64,000 nucleotides of DNA from Nitrospiraceae bacterium. GTDB taxonomy: Bacteria; Nitrospirota; Nitrospiria; Nitrospirales; Nitrospiraceae. Below are positions 22,601-30,850 of this stretch, piece after piece (the first letter of the stretch is position 1; each line of letters begins with the position of its first letter). The notes under the pieces were generated by a model that was not told the origin of the DNA, made no database searches, and worked only from the letters and a program-made list of their open reading frames with translations. The position numbers were made by a program, and so were the translations under genes. The DNA is taken from NCBI GenBank assembly GCA_050246315.1, contig JBFWWG010000002.1, forward strand, positions 160,001 to 224,000, written 5' to 3'.

Positions 22601-23314
22601 GCACACGTCGGTCTGCTCGCCCCAGACCTGGGGTGATGACGGCGGTAAGTCAGCGTACCAGTCGTAAAACGACGGGATCACCCCGCCGATCAAGGAGAGA
22701 TACCGGCTACCTGCCGCAAAACTCACCATCGACATCGCGGGGATGGGAGAAAACCCCGCGATGCGGTCCGGACCGTACCGCCGGATCGTATAGACATTGG
22801 CCGCCGCGATCAGTTCCGTGACCTCGTCCCACGACGCGCGCACGAAGCCGCCCTGTCCTCGGATCGACGTGTAGTGCCCGCGTTTTTGCGCGTCCTCAAC
22901 GATCGATGTCCAGGCTTCGACCGGTGGCAGTGCTTTCCGAGCATCACGCCACAAGGCCATCAAGCGTCCTCGCACCAACGGATACTTGACGCGTTGCGCG
23001 CTGTAGACGTACCAGGAATAGCTCGCACCCCTGGGGCATCCGCGAGGTTCATGATTCGGCAGATCGGCGCGGGTCCGAGGGTAGTCCGTCTCCTGGGTCT
23101 CCCACGTGATCAAGCCGTTCTTCACGTAAATTTTCCAGCTACATGAACCGGTACAGTTGACCCCGTGCGTGGACCGCACCACCTTGTCGTGATTCCAGCG
23201 ATCACGATAGGCGTTCTCCCATGTGCGATCCTCTCGCCTGACGACCCCGTGTTTCCCTGCAAACGTCTCAAGGTTTTCACGGAAGAATAAGAGCCGGTCG
23301 AGGAAGTGACTCAC
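19613..23314 (-). CDS. narG: Respiratory nitrate reductase alpha subunit (cytoplasmic, no Tat signal)
   Basis: MSHFLDRL N-terminus, HGVNCTGSC...PRGC FS0 motif, YADLPP Mo-ligand Asp; GTG start. Confidence 0.97.
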   Translation of the reverse strand: MSHFLDRLLFFRENLETFAGKHGVVRREDRTWENAYRDRWNHDKVVRSTHGVNCTGSCSWKIYVKNGLITWETQETDYPRTRADLPNHEPRGCPRGASYSWYVYSAQRVKYPLVRGRLMALWRDARKALPPVEAWTSIVEDAQKRGHYTSIRGQGGFVRASWDEVTELIAAANVYTIRRYGPDRIAGFSPIPAMSMVSFAAGSRYLSLIGGVIPSFYDWYADLPPSSPQVWGEQTDVCEAADWYNSSYIVVWGSNIPQTRTPDAHFYTAARYKGAKTVAVAPDFAEYVKFADLWLAPRRGTDAALALALGHVILKEFHLTARSPYFLDYCRQYSDMPMLVFLRPAGDGYEPGRFVRASDFDGQLGETNNPDWKTVIVDEATGHLCAPHGSIGFRWREKGRWNLDLIDATTGRKIVPALSVLPQADEIVSVAFPYFEDDHPSIMHRLVPARRLSTVHGESLVVTAYDLLLAGYGLDRGLGDDQTSQNYDRDMPYTPAWAEKHSGVPRHQIIRLAREFAENADKTRGRSLVIVGNGINQWYHTDMVYRAIINILVMCGCVGRSGGGWAHYVGQEKVRPLAGWTTVAFALDWLRPPRHMNGTSFFYAHTDQWRYETLRPADILSPTAKDDPDADATHLIDWNIRAERRGWLPSAPQLNRNPLDVVSEAEATGTHPIAYAVEQLRSGKLAIGSEDPDHPQNFVRNLFLWRSNLVGSSAKGHEYFLKHLLGAPHGVLAPDLKEQEAPLPCEVVWQDEAATGKLDLLVTLDFRMSSTCLYSDVVLPSATWYEKDDLNTSDMHPFIHPLCEAVNPLWESKSDWEIFKEIARKFSELAGPVLGTQKDLVLTPLLHDTPSELGQPMRADDWKRGDCEAIPGKTMPTMTVVRRPYGETYDRFIRLGPLTRDLGTGAKGIVWDSREEVEALRQVNGEVSLDERESYPKLNTARQAAQAILTLAPETNGRVAVKAWDALSQRTGRSHRHLAEGRAEESFSFDDLVAQPRKVIPSPTWSGIESEKVSYTGNYTNIQELIPWRTLTGRQQLYQDHPWMRLFGEQVCAYKPPVDTRSVDALSRRRGEDEKNVLIVSWITPHQKWGIHTTYSETSPMLTLSRGGPVVWLSETEAKEVGIRDNDWIEVVNVNGALVARAILSQRIPRGVAMMYHAQDKIINMPLAPTTGRRGGIHNSVTRIVMKPTHMIGGYAHLAYGYNYYGTVGTNRDEMVVVRKLDHVTWSAGPTTG

Positions 23315-23384
23315 GCTTGACTCCTACGACACATGACTAAAGGACGGTCGACCTGGCTTACGCATGAGCAGACATTCGACGGTG

Positions 23385-23400
23385 TGCAATGACAGTACCA
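23385..23400 (-). promoter_or_regulatory. Putative sigma54 promoter of nar operon
   Basis: TGGTAC-TGTCA-TTGCA (GG-N10-GC) ~70 bp upstream of narG. Confidence 0.65.
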
Positions 23401-23522
23401 AGATACCGAAATCGAGAAGCGAGCGTAATTGTCACTATCAGTCGCCGCCGTTCTCTGACGAATCGATCGTTTCCGCACGGTTTGCACAGTGTGGTATGGC
23501 CGTAAAGAAGACGACTGATTAC

Positions 23523-23700
23523 ACCCCTCTTGGTCATACGCGTGCGGAGTTTCACGATGGCGAACGTGGATTCAATCGGATTGGCGCTCTGGACGGGCTT
23601 CCAGTGCGCTGCGGGAAGTCGAAGTGGAGTAGGAGGCGCGGCACGTCCGCGAGGAGCGTCTTGACAGCCTTCGGATACTTCGTCTTGTAGTCCTGGCGAA
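23523..23700 (-). pseudogene. IS256-family transposase fragment with frameshift
   Basis: YKTKYPKAVKTLLADVPRLLLHFDFP / (1-nt deletion ~23613) AAHWKPVQSANPIESTFAIVKLRTRMTK matches the IS256 C-terminal pattern. Confidence 0.85.
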
Positions 23701-23705
23701 TCGTG

Positions 23706-24689
23706 TCAAAACACGAGGGTCCAGCCCTCGCGTTGAGCCTCTTCGCGCGTGTAGGCCACGCCGTGCACTTTCAAGCCCTGCGCGTCCAGCAAGGTGATGA
23801 TGCCGCCGTCGTTTCCCAATTGCACGGTTGGCGAGAGGGAAATCTGGACGGTTGCGCCGGGGTCAAGGGTGCCTCCCAGGACATGCTTGCGCTTGAGCTT
23901 GTCGGCTATGGCCCACCCGTTCAGGGTGATCCGCTGAGGGGTCGTATTCAACAGCGTGACCGTTTCGTTCTCCGGTGATGGACCGGCCGGATTGACCAGC
24001 GCGGCAATGATACGGACCGTATGATCCGGCTGTTCTCCTTCGATGCGATGACCCGTTCGGTCATCGCTGTGCCAGAGTTGTGACTGGAACTTGAGAAAGA
24101 TCGCCACCCACTGGCTGCGAGAGGGGAACTGAATCAGTACCGCGCCGTCTTGCCACACGCCATCATCGTCTCGGAAGGCATCGGAGTTCGCTTGGTTCAT
24201 GTGAATATCGTGGATGCCATTGCCCGGCTTGAAGCCGAAATACGCGTCCTTCTTCTCTGTCTCCGGCCCCCATCTCTCACCGAATACGTAGATGACCGCT
24301 TCTTCCTCCGCCATCGCTTTCAGCACGTACCGATCAAACATCTCGTTCAAGTCGTTGTCGGGTCCTGGGAGATTAAATGGAAGCGGTTTCATCCTCGTCC
24401 GATCGAAGAGGTTGCCGCGGATGAAGTCGAGGGGCAGGCCTCCAGGCCGACTCTGAAGCGAAGTGAACCCGAGCGGAAGACTCGATAATCCCGTGGTGAT
24501 GGGGTGATGGAAGGCATCATCAACGAGGTATTCCAGTTCCGACGGACTTTCCTTGGACTTGACATTCACTGCAATACGATAGTCCGAAGTCTCATCAATG
24601 AGGTGAATCTGATAGTGAGGACTGCTCCCCTGACCGAGTATTCGGCGAATGGGGCGTCCCTTCAACACGCCATAGCGCTTCAGCGGCAT
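23706..24689 (-). CDS. YukJ/DUF2278 domain fused to lamin-tail domain
   Basis: MPLKRYGVLKG, LDFIRG, GIHDIHMNQ, WQDG; C-terminal IIAALVNP...ETVTLLN...LGNDGGIITLLD LTD. Confidence 0.88.
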   Translation of the reverse strand: MPLKRYGVLKGRPIRRILGQGSSPHYQIHLIDETSDYRIAVNVKSKESPSELEYLVDDAFHHPITTGLSSLPLGFTSLQSRPGGLPLDFIRGNLFDRTRMKPLPFNLPGPDNDLNEMFDRYVLKAMAEEEAVIYVFGERWGPETEKKDAYFGFKPGNGIHDIHMNQANSDAFRDDDGVWQDGAVLIQFPSRSQWVAIFLKFQSQLWHSDDRTGHRIEGEQPDHTVRIIAALVNPAGPSPENETVTLLNTTPQRITLNGWAIADKLKRKHVLGGTLDPGATVQISLSPTVQLGNDGGIITLLDAQGLKVHGVAYTREEAQREGWTLVF

Positions 24690-24783
24690 ACGTGTCTCCT
24701 TTGCCCCGAGGCCACGCCAGCAACGTAGCCCCTCCCGTATTTCATCCTACGAACCCTATGTCTTCCTCTCATGGAGTGCATGA

Positions 24784-24799
24784 AGCAAGGGGCGTGCCT
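24784..24799 (-). promoter_or_regulatory. Putative sigma54 promoter of yukJ-like gene
   Basis: AGGCAC-GCCCC-TTGCT ~95 bp upstream of ATG. Confidence 0.6.
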
Positions 24800-25092
24800 T
24801 CCTGATTCGGACCTGGCTTCAATTGTTTCAAATAGATCAGTCGAGGACAGTGACCCTGCCGGCGGCTGCTGACGCACCCGAAAGGATACAGGCGTATCTA
24901 TCTCGATACTGATCAATTCTTCACGGGCGACAGAGGTCAAAGAAGAAGGTTCCCGGCATCTTTCCTACTGTCCTACATGGCGACCCCAAGACATACCTTG
25001 GCTCAAGCGGTGATGCCTGATTAGATAGGCGTAGATGAACTTTGAGCGATCGGTTAATCCCAAGCTCGCGAATATGTACAACCGGTAGTTGG

Positions 25093-26556
25093 TCATGCGA
25101 TACGGATGACGGGTTCGATGTGGCTGCTCGAACGCTTGACTACTTGTCTCAGGAGCTCCAGGTCGTTCTGGATGGATCGGAACAGGCCAATCGCAAGCAC
25201 AAAACCCCCAAGCCCGCCTAGGCCGAGCATGCCCAGCAAGGTTGAATGTCTCGTCGAGCCGGCTAGCGGGCTGAGCGTGAGCCCCAGCGTGATCGCCAGC
25301 ATCGGCAGCACGCCGGCGAGCAGCAGATAACGCCATATCCAGCGGCGCAGCCGTTCGAGCGCGGCTCCATCCTGCGAGGTGGTCGAGCCGGGTCGGACCA
25401 GAGGCAAGTAGAGCACGCGTGTGCACAGCCATGTCACGCCGAGGAACGGGTAAGTCGCTGCAATCATGCCGCAGATGGCCAGCGAGGCGATGAAATAGAC
25501 GTAGTTGCGCGGTTCCAATACACCGATCATCAACGGATACACAGGACCCAGTATGACCCAAAGGGTGCTCCCGATGATTGCGGCGAAGTGGCCGAGCTTC
25601 AGGCACCGCTCGCGCGTGAATCCCAGCGTAGCCACGGGCACCACCGCATCTCTTCGCAACTGCCGCAGCACACGAGCCACCGGCCAGGCCAGCCACACGA
25701 ACAGCCCCAATCCCACCGGAAAGCTGACACCGTTGCAGATCAGCGCGGCGCTCTGAAAGAGGCGTTCCACCTGCGCCATCCCCCGTTCCTGCATCGGGAG
25801 GACGATCACCTGCCAGTTATAAATGAAGTTAAACCAGGCTGCCAGGATATTGGGCAGGGAGGCAACGAACAACATGGCCAAAATCGGAAAACGGGAGGTC
25901 GCATGGCGCCAGCCACGTGGTGCCGGGCCGAGTCCTTCGGCCGCTTGAGTCAATTCCCGCAGCGGCTGCATGCGCTCGATCACGTCCCGATAATTGGGCC
26001 GGATCGACTCGATCGCCTCGAAGCGGTGAAGCGCGTCCTCCCATTGCCCCATAGACTGTACAGTCAGCGCCTCCGCATACCACCGTGACAGCTTCGGTTC
26101 GTCCGTCACGTGTTCAATGGCCTGGAAGAGTCTATCGACATCTTCGTCCCAACGTACATGAGAAAGCGGTACTCCCTGCAATCGTGCGAGCGGTCTCAGG
26201 TCAACTGGGAGGTCATCCTCGGAGGGCATTGTCGCGCCCTCTATCAAAACAGGTATGGTGGGGATGCTGTGTCCAAGAGCGTGGGCGATCTCGAGACGCA
26301 CGAAATCGTTCGGAACGTCAAGTCGGCGCTGACTGAAACGGTCAGTCACCGTGAGCCATTTTGGTCCTATGATGACAAGCAGCACCTCGCAATTGGTGAG
26401 GGCGTTTTCGATAATGCTCGTGAAGTCACTGCCTGCTTCAATGTCCTCCACGTCCAGGAAAACTTGCCGGTCACCGAACTTGTGTTTCATCTCGCTCCGC
26501 AGAGCTCGAACAAAGCCGGGGTTATCGCGCCTGTAGCTGATAAAGATGTGTCCCAT
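25093..26556 (-). CDS. TIR-domain protein with TPR-like linker and multi-TM C-terminus
   Basis: IFISYRR, VFLDVEDI, FVRLEIAHAL (catalytic-position Glu), IPVLIEG; ~5-6 hydrophobic helices. Confidence 0.9.
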   Translation of the reverse strand: MGHIFISYRRDNPGFVRALRSEMKHKFGDRQVFLDVEDIEAGSDFTSIIENALTNCEVLLVIIGPKWLTVTDRFSQRRLDVPNDFVRLEIAHALGHSIPTIPVLIEGATMPSEDDLPVDLRPLARLQGVPLSHVRWDEDVDRLFQAIEHVTDEPKLSRWYAEALTVQSMGQWEDALHRFEAIESIRPNYRDVIERMQPLRELTQAAEGLGPAPRGWRHATSRFPILAMLFVASLPNILAAWFNFIYNWQVIVLPMQERGMAQVERLFQSAALICNGVSFPVGLGLFVWLAWPVARVLRQLRRDAVVPVATLGFTRERCLKLGHFAAIIGSTLWVILGPVYPLMIGVLEPRNYVYFIASLAICGMIAATYPFLGVTWLCTRVLYLPLVRPGSTTSQDGAALERLRRWIWRYLLLAGVLPMLAITLGLTLSPLAGSTRHSTLLGMLGLGGLGGFVLAIGLFRSIQNDLELLRQVVKRSSSHIEPVIRIA

Positions 26557-26666
26557 GGCTGCGTGCTTGTGGAGTCAGACCCCTGAGCCAAAGGCTGGAA
26601 GTATCGTCTGCTGATGCCGCTGACGGCACAAATGAGCAGTTTAGTTTATGTTGTTCTTACTATCGT

Positions 26667-26682
26667 CGCAACTCCTGCGCCG
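26667..26682 (-). promoter_or_regulatory. Possible sigma54 promoter of TIR gene
   Basis: CGGCGC-AGGAG-TTGCG ~110 bp upstream; weaker match in GC-rich DNA. Confidence 0.35.
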
Positions 26683-26885
26683 GTCAATCCCACTGCGAAA
26701 CCGTCTCCACCGTGGCTCGTGCCCGATTGCCGTCATCAAGAGGGTTCGGGGGAGATCAAGAAAGGGATCCTGACCGCTTTCCCAGGCTGCCCGCTTCGCC
26801 TCGGCTCGATTCCGAGCCCCTGTTCTGTCACGGAATATCTAAGGGTCAGTGGGAAGAATTAGACGGAGAAGGTTCTTGGTGTGAC

Positions 26886-27701
26886 TTAGCCGACCGCCGC
26901 AGGGTTCAGCATCGCCTGCTTGAGAGAGGAAACAAACGTTCCAACCGAGGCCACGAGGCTGGGATCCTGTTGGTGTGTCGCAATCTGCTTGACGATCGCG
27001 CTTCCGACGATGACCCCATCGGCCACGGCCGCAATGCGCGCCGCATCCTGAGGAGTAGCCACACCGAACCCGACGGAGATCGGCACGCGGGTGAGCTTTC
27101 GAATCCGCTTCACATTCTCCTCGACATTGGTCAAATCGGTCAGCTTGGCGCCGGTGATGCCGGTCAGCGAGACATAGTAGATGAAGCCCTTGGAGGCTTT
27201 GCCCACCGAGGCCCGCCTCGACGGAGTGCTGGTCGGAGCCAAGAGAAAGATCACGTCGAGGCCTGCTTGCTCGGCCCGGTCCTTCACGGGTCCGGATTCC
27301 TCCAGAGGCATATCCGGAACGATCAACCCGTCCACCCCCGCCTGAACCGCGTCTCGGCAAAACTCCTGCTCGCCGTAGGCATGGATCGTATTGTAGTAGG
27401 CCATCAGGACAAGGGGTATTTGAGTCTGCCGCCGCAGGCCGGCGACCATCGTCAGGATGCGCCTCAACGACGTCCCGCACCGTAGCGCGCGCTCGGCCGC
27501 CTGTTGGATCACGGATCCATCCGCAATCGGGTCCGAGAACGGGACACCAAGCTCGATGACATCGGCGCCGGATCGCTCCAACCCCAACACGAGTTGCTCC
27601 GTGTCTGGAAGCGAAGGATCTCCGGCCATCAAATAGGCGATGAGGGCCTTCTCCCCTCGCTGCTTCAACTCCTCGAACCGAAGATCCAGACGGTTCGTCA
27701 C
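26886..27701 (-). CDS. trpA: Tryptophan synthase alpha
   Basis: [25 protein letters not shown]. Confidence 0.97.
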   Translation of the reverse strand: MTNRLDLRFEELKQRGEKALIAYLMAGDPSLPDTEQLVLGLERSGADVIELGVPFSDPIADGSVIQQAAERALRCGTSLRRILTMVAGLRRQTQIPLVLMAYYNTIHAYGEQEFCRDAVQAGVDGLIVPDMPLEESGPVKDRAEQAGLDVIFLLAPTSTPSRRASVGKASKGFIYYVSLTGITGAKLTDLTNVEENVKRIRKLTRVPISVGFGVATPQDAARIAAVADGVIVGSAIVKQIATHQQDPSLVASVGTFVSSLKQAMLNPAAVG

Positions 27702-28903
27702 AGCGTCACCCCCCGCAAGCGAGCCACCTGTTGCACATCCTTGTCGCCACGACCGGAGAGATTCACGATCACGATCTGGTTTTTTTTCAGGTTCGGCGCC
27801 ACCTTCATGGCTTCGGCTAGGGCGTGGGCGCTTTCCAGCGCCGGCACGATACCCTCCTCGTGGGCCAGAACGTCGAACGCCGCCAAGGCTTCCTCATCCG
27901 TCGCCGAGGTATATTGGACACGCTGCGCATCGTGATAGAAGGCATGTTCGGGTCCCACTGCCGCATAGTCCAATCCGGCGGAGACCGAATGAGTCAAATT
28001 GATCTGCCCGTTCTCATCCTGCAGGAGGTAGGTCATGGTCCCCTGCAAGACGCCCGGTTTGCCGCCCGAGAATCGCGCCGCATGTTTGCCGCTGGAAAGC
28101 CCTTCTCCTCCGGCCTCCACACCGATCATCTTGACGCGACGGTCGCCGAGAAAGGAATGGAAGAGCCCGATCGAATTGCTCCCCCCTCCCACACAGGCGA
28201 TTAAATAGTCCGGCAAGCGTCTCTCGACGGCCAGAATCTGCCTTCTCGCCTCCCGGCCGATCACCGTCTGAAAATCACGGATCATCATCGGATAGGGATG
28301 CGCACCCAAGACCGATCCGAGAATGTAATGGGTATTCCGCACATTGGTGGTCCAATCCCTCATGGCCTCACTGATGGCGTCCTTCAGCGTCCGGCTACCT
28401 GTGTCTACGCCGGTCACTGTGGCGCCGAGGAGGCGCATCCTGAAGACATTCAGCGCCTGCCGCTGCATGTCCTCCGTTCCCATATAGATTTCGCATTGGA
28501 GCCCGAACATGGCTGCCACCGTTGCCGTAGCCACCCCGTGTTGGCCGGCCCCGGTTTCGGCGATGACTCGCGGCTTCTTCATCCGCTTGGCCAGCAATCC
28601 CTGGCCGATCGCATTGTTGATCTTGTGCGCGCCCGTATGACAGAGATCCTCCCGCTTCAGGTAGATCTTGGCCCCGCCCAATTTTTTCGTGAGCCGACCA
28701 GCATAATAAAGCGGCGTCGGACGCCCGACATAGTCCTTGAGATACTGTTGGAATTCCGCTTGAAAGCGCCGGTCGCGCTTGGCCCGTTCATACTCGGCAT
28801 TGAGCTCCAGCAAGGCCGGCATGAGCGTCTCGGGTACGTACCGTCCGCCGTAGGGTCCGAACCGACCGCGGGTATCAGGTAAGATTGGCATGGATTTTCT
28901 CAT
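27698..28903 (-). CDS. trpB: Tryptophan synthase beta
   Basis: [24 protein letters not shown]. Confidence 0.98.
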   Translation of the reverse strand: MRKSMPILPDTRGRFGPYGGRYVPETLMPALLELNAEYERAKRDRRFQAEFQQYLKDYVGRPTPLYYAGRLTKKLGGAKIYLKREDLCHTGAHKINNAIGQGLLAKRMKKPRVIAETGAGQHGVATATVAAMFGLQCEIYMGTEDMQRQALNVFRMRLLGATVTGVDTGSRTLKDAISEAMRDWTTNVRNTHYILGSVLGAHPYPMMIRDFQTVIGREARRQILAVERRLPDYLIACVGGGSNSIGLFHSFLGDRRVKMIGVEAGGEGLSSGKHAARFSGGKPGVLQGTMTYLLQDENGQINLTHSVSAGLDYAAVGPEHAFYHDAQRVQYTSATDEEALAAFDVLAHEEGIVPALESAHALAEAMKVAPNLKKNQIVIVNLSGRGDKDVQQVARLRGVTL

Positions 28904-28934
28904 TCGGATTCAGAGGAGAGTATAGCCACGCCTC

Positions 28935-29570
28935 TTAAACGGATACAAGCCTCGCCGCCTGCACGAAAGCTCGCAGGCGCGCATGATCCTTTTTCCCCGG
29001 TGACGATTCGACTCCGCTGCTGACATCCACCCCATAGGGCCGGACCGCCGTGATCGCGTCCGCCACATTCTCCGGCGTCAGACCGCCCGCCAACAGGATT
29101 CTACAGGTTGTAGCGATCTCCGCCGCCAGACTCCAGTCGGCAAGGGTACCGGTCCCGCCGTAGGCGTGATCCGAACAGGCATCGAGCACAAAGCCCCGCA
29201 CTCCGGCTCGGCCCTGATATTCTGCGACGGCCAGAGCGGAAACCCGATCCTTCACGCGGAGCGCCTTCAGGAGCGGTCGGCCCACCTGTTCGCAATAGGC
29301 ACTCGACTCGTCGCCGTGAAGCTGCGCCATCGCGAGGCCGCATGCATCCAACGTGTCGCGCACCCTCTCCACGCTTTCGTTGACGAACACGCCGACGGGC
29401 AAGACAAACGGAGGCAAGGCCTTGACGATCGCGCCCGCCGTATGAGGATCGATATAGCGAGGACTCTTGCGGTAGAACAGGAAGCCGACCGCGTCAGCCC
29501 CGGCCTCGACTGCAGCCAGCGCGTCGTCAAGATTGGTCAGGCCGCAAATTTTGACCTTGATGCGTTCCAT
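28935..29570 (-). CDS. trpF: Phosphoribosylanthranilate isomerase
   Basis: KICGL, QLHGDE, DVSSGVE. Confidence 0.97.
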   Translation of the reverse strand: MERIKVKICGLTNLDDALAAVEAGADAVGFLFYRKSPRYIDPHTAGAIVKALPPFVLPVGVFVNESVERVRDTLDACGLAMAQLHGDESSAYCEQVGRPLLKALRVKDRVSALAVAEYQGRAGVRGFVLDACSDHAYGGTGTLADWSLAAEIATTCRILLAGGLTPENVADAITAVRPYGVDVSSGVESSPGKKDHARLRAFVQAARLVSV

Positions 29571-29676
29571 CAGAATCTAGTCCACATTATTCATGGCACT
29601 TCGTGACGTTTCACCCGTTGCAATTTCAGAGCAACGGGTACCCGAAGACGCCCGCGGCGATTGCTCAGAATATCGG

Positions 29677-30003
29677 TCAGGGCGCACACACGGCCTTGCT
29701 GCGATGTTGGCCGTAGAAATCCCGGTACTCCCACTGGCAGGCCAACCCGTTTTGATCGAACGTGATGGTCATGTTTTCCGTTCGGCCGCCCTCCCCCTGC
29801 TGACTCCATTCGCAGACCTCGGTCCCGTTCTGGAACGCATAGCAGCGCGTCGGCAAGCCCAACTCGCGAACCCGGTCGTCCTTGTGGGCTCCCAGCCACT
29901 TGTCCCATTTGGCGCTGGCCTCCTTGACCTCGCCTCCGGCACAGCCAAGCAGGAGCACCGCCGTCATGGCGCTCATCGTAAACGTGACTGCGTGTCGTGT
30001 CAT
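29677..30003 (-). CDS. Small Cys-rich lipoprotein
   Basis: Lipobox LLGC, RBS AAGGAG; inside trp operon. Confidence 0.75.
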   Translation of the reverse strand: MTRHAVTFTMSAMTAVLLLGCAGGEVKEASAKWDKWLGAHKDDRVRELGLPTRCYAFQNGTEVCEWSQQGEGGRTENMTITFDQNGLACQWEYRDFYGQHRSKAVCAP

Positions 30004-30025
30004 GCCCGCATCGCTCCTTTCCCCG

Positions 30026-30850
30026 TCAGACACTCTGCGATGGTCCGTCCACCCCCAACAGTTCCTTCACCTTGGCGTCGGTGTCGTCCGCCCGGATCAA
30101 AGATTCTCCCACCAGCATCGCATGCACCCCGGCTTCAACCAGGCGCAGAACGTCGTCGCGCTTGTGGATGCCGCTCTCGCTGACGATGAGCTTGCCGGAC
30201 GGAATGCGCTTCGCCAGACGGTAGGTGACGGCCAAGTCGGTCGCAAAAGTTCGGAGGTCCCGGTTGTTGATGCCGATCAACCTGGCGGCCGGAATCCATT
30301 CCAGAACCGTATCCAATTCCCGCTCGTGATGGGTTTCGAACAGAACATCCATGCTCAGCTCGCCGGCGAGCTCGTGAAAGTCGATGAGCTGTTGCCGGTC
30401 GAGCGCCGCGACGATCAGGAGCACCGCATCAGCCCCATAGGCGCGTGCCTCGAAAAATTGCACGTCACCGACCATGAACTCTTTGTTCAACGCCGGAAGT
30501 CGGACCTTCTCTTTGACGGACCGGAGATCGTTCAAGCTGCCTTGAAAGAACTCCTGGTCGGTCAAGACAGAGAGGCCGGCGGCACCGCTGCGCCGATACG
30601 CCTCCGCGAGCGCGGCCGGATCAAAAGTCTCCTCGAATTCCGGTCTGAGAAGTCCGAGACTCGGCGAGGCCTTTTTCACCTCTGCGATTAAAGCGGGGCT
30701 TGCCGCGGTGTGTCTAGCCCTTAACGTGTCGACGAAACCGAGAGGGGGGACGGCATCGCGGATTTTTGCCTTCAGCTCGGACAGGTAGCCGCGGCTCTGT
30801 TTATGTCGAAGCTGCGCTCGCTTGTGCTCCAGAATCCGATCGAGAATCAT
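30026..30850 (-). CDS. trpC: Indole-3-glycerol phosphate synthase
   Basis: IAEVKKASPS, IGINNRDL, VSESGI. Confidence 0.97.
   Translation of the reverse strand: MILDRILEHKRAQLRHKQSRGYLSELKAKIRDAVPPLGFVDTLRARHTAASPALIAEVKKASPSLGLLRPEFEETFDPAALAEAYRRSGAAGLSVLTDQEFFQGSLNDLRSVKEKVRLPALNKEFMVGDVQFFEARAYGADAVLLIVAALDRQQLIDFHELAGELSMDVLFETHHERELDTVLEWIPAARLIGINNRDLRTFATDLAVTYRLAKRIPSGKLIVSESGIHKRDDVLRLVEAGVHAMLVGESLIRADDTDAKVKELLGVDGPSQSV

Noticed and set aside
26800..26816. tRNA T-arm-like hairpin CTCGG-CTCGATT-CCGAG near the island edge (possible att scar)
   Set aside because: Loop is not TTCGA, there is no acceptor stem or CCA, and no partner copy in the window.
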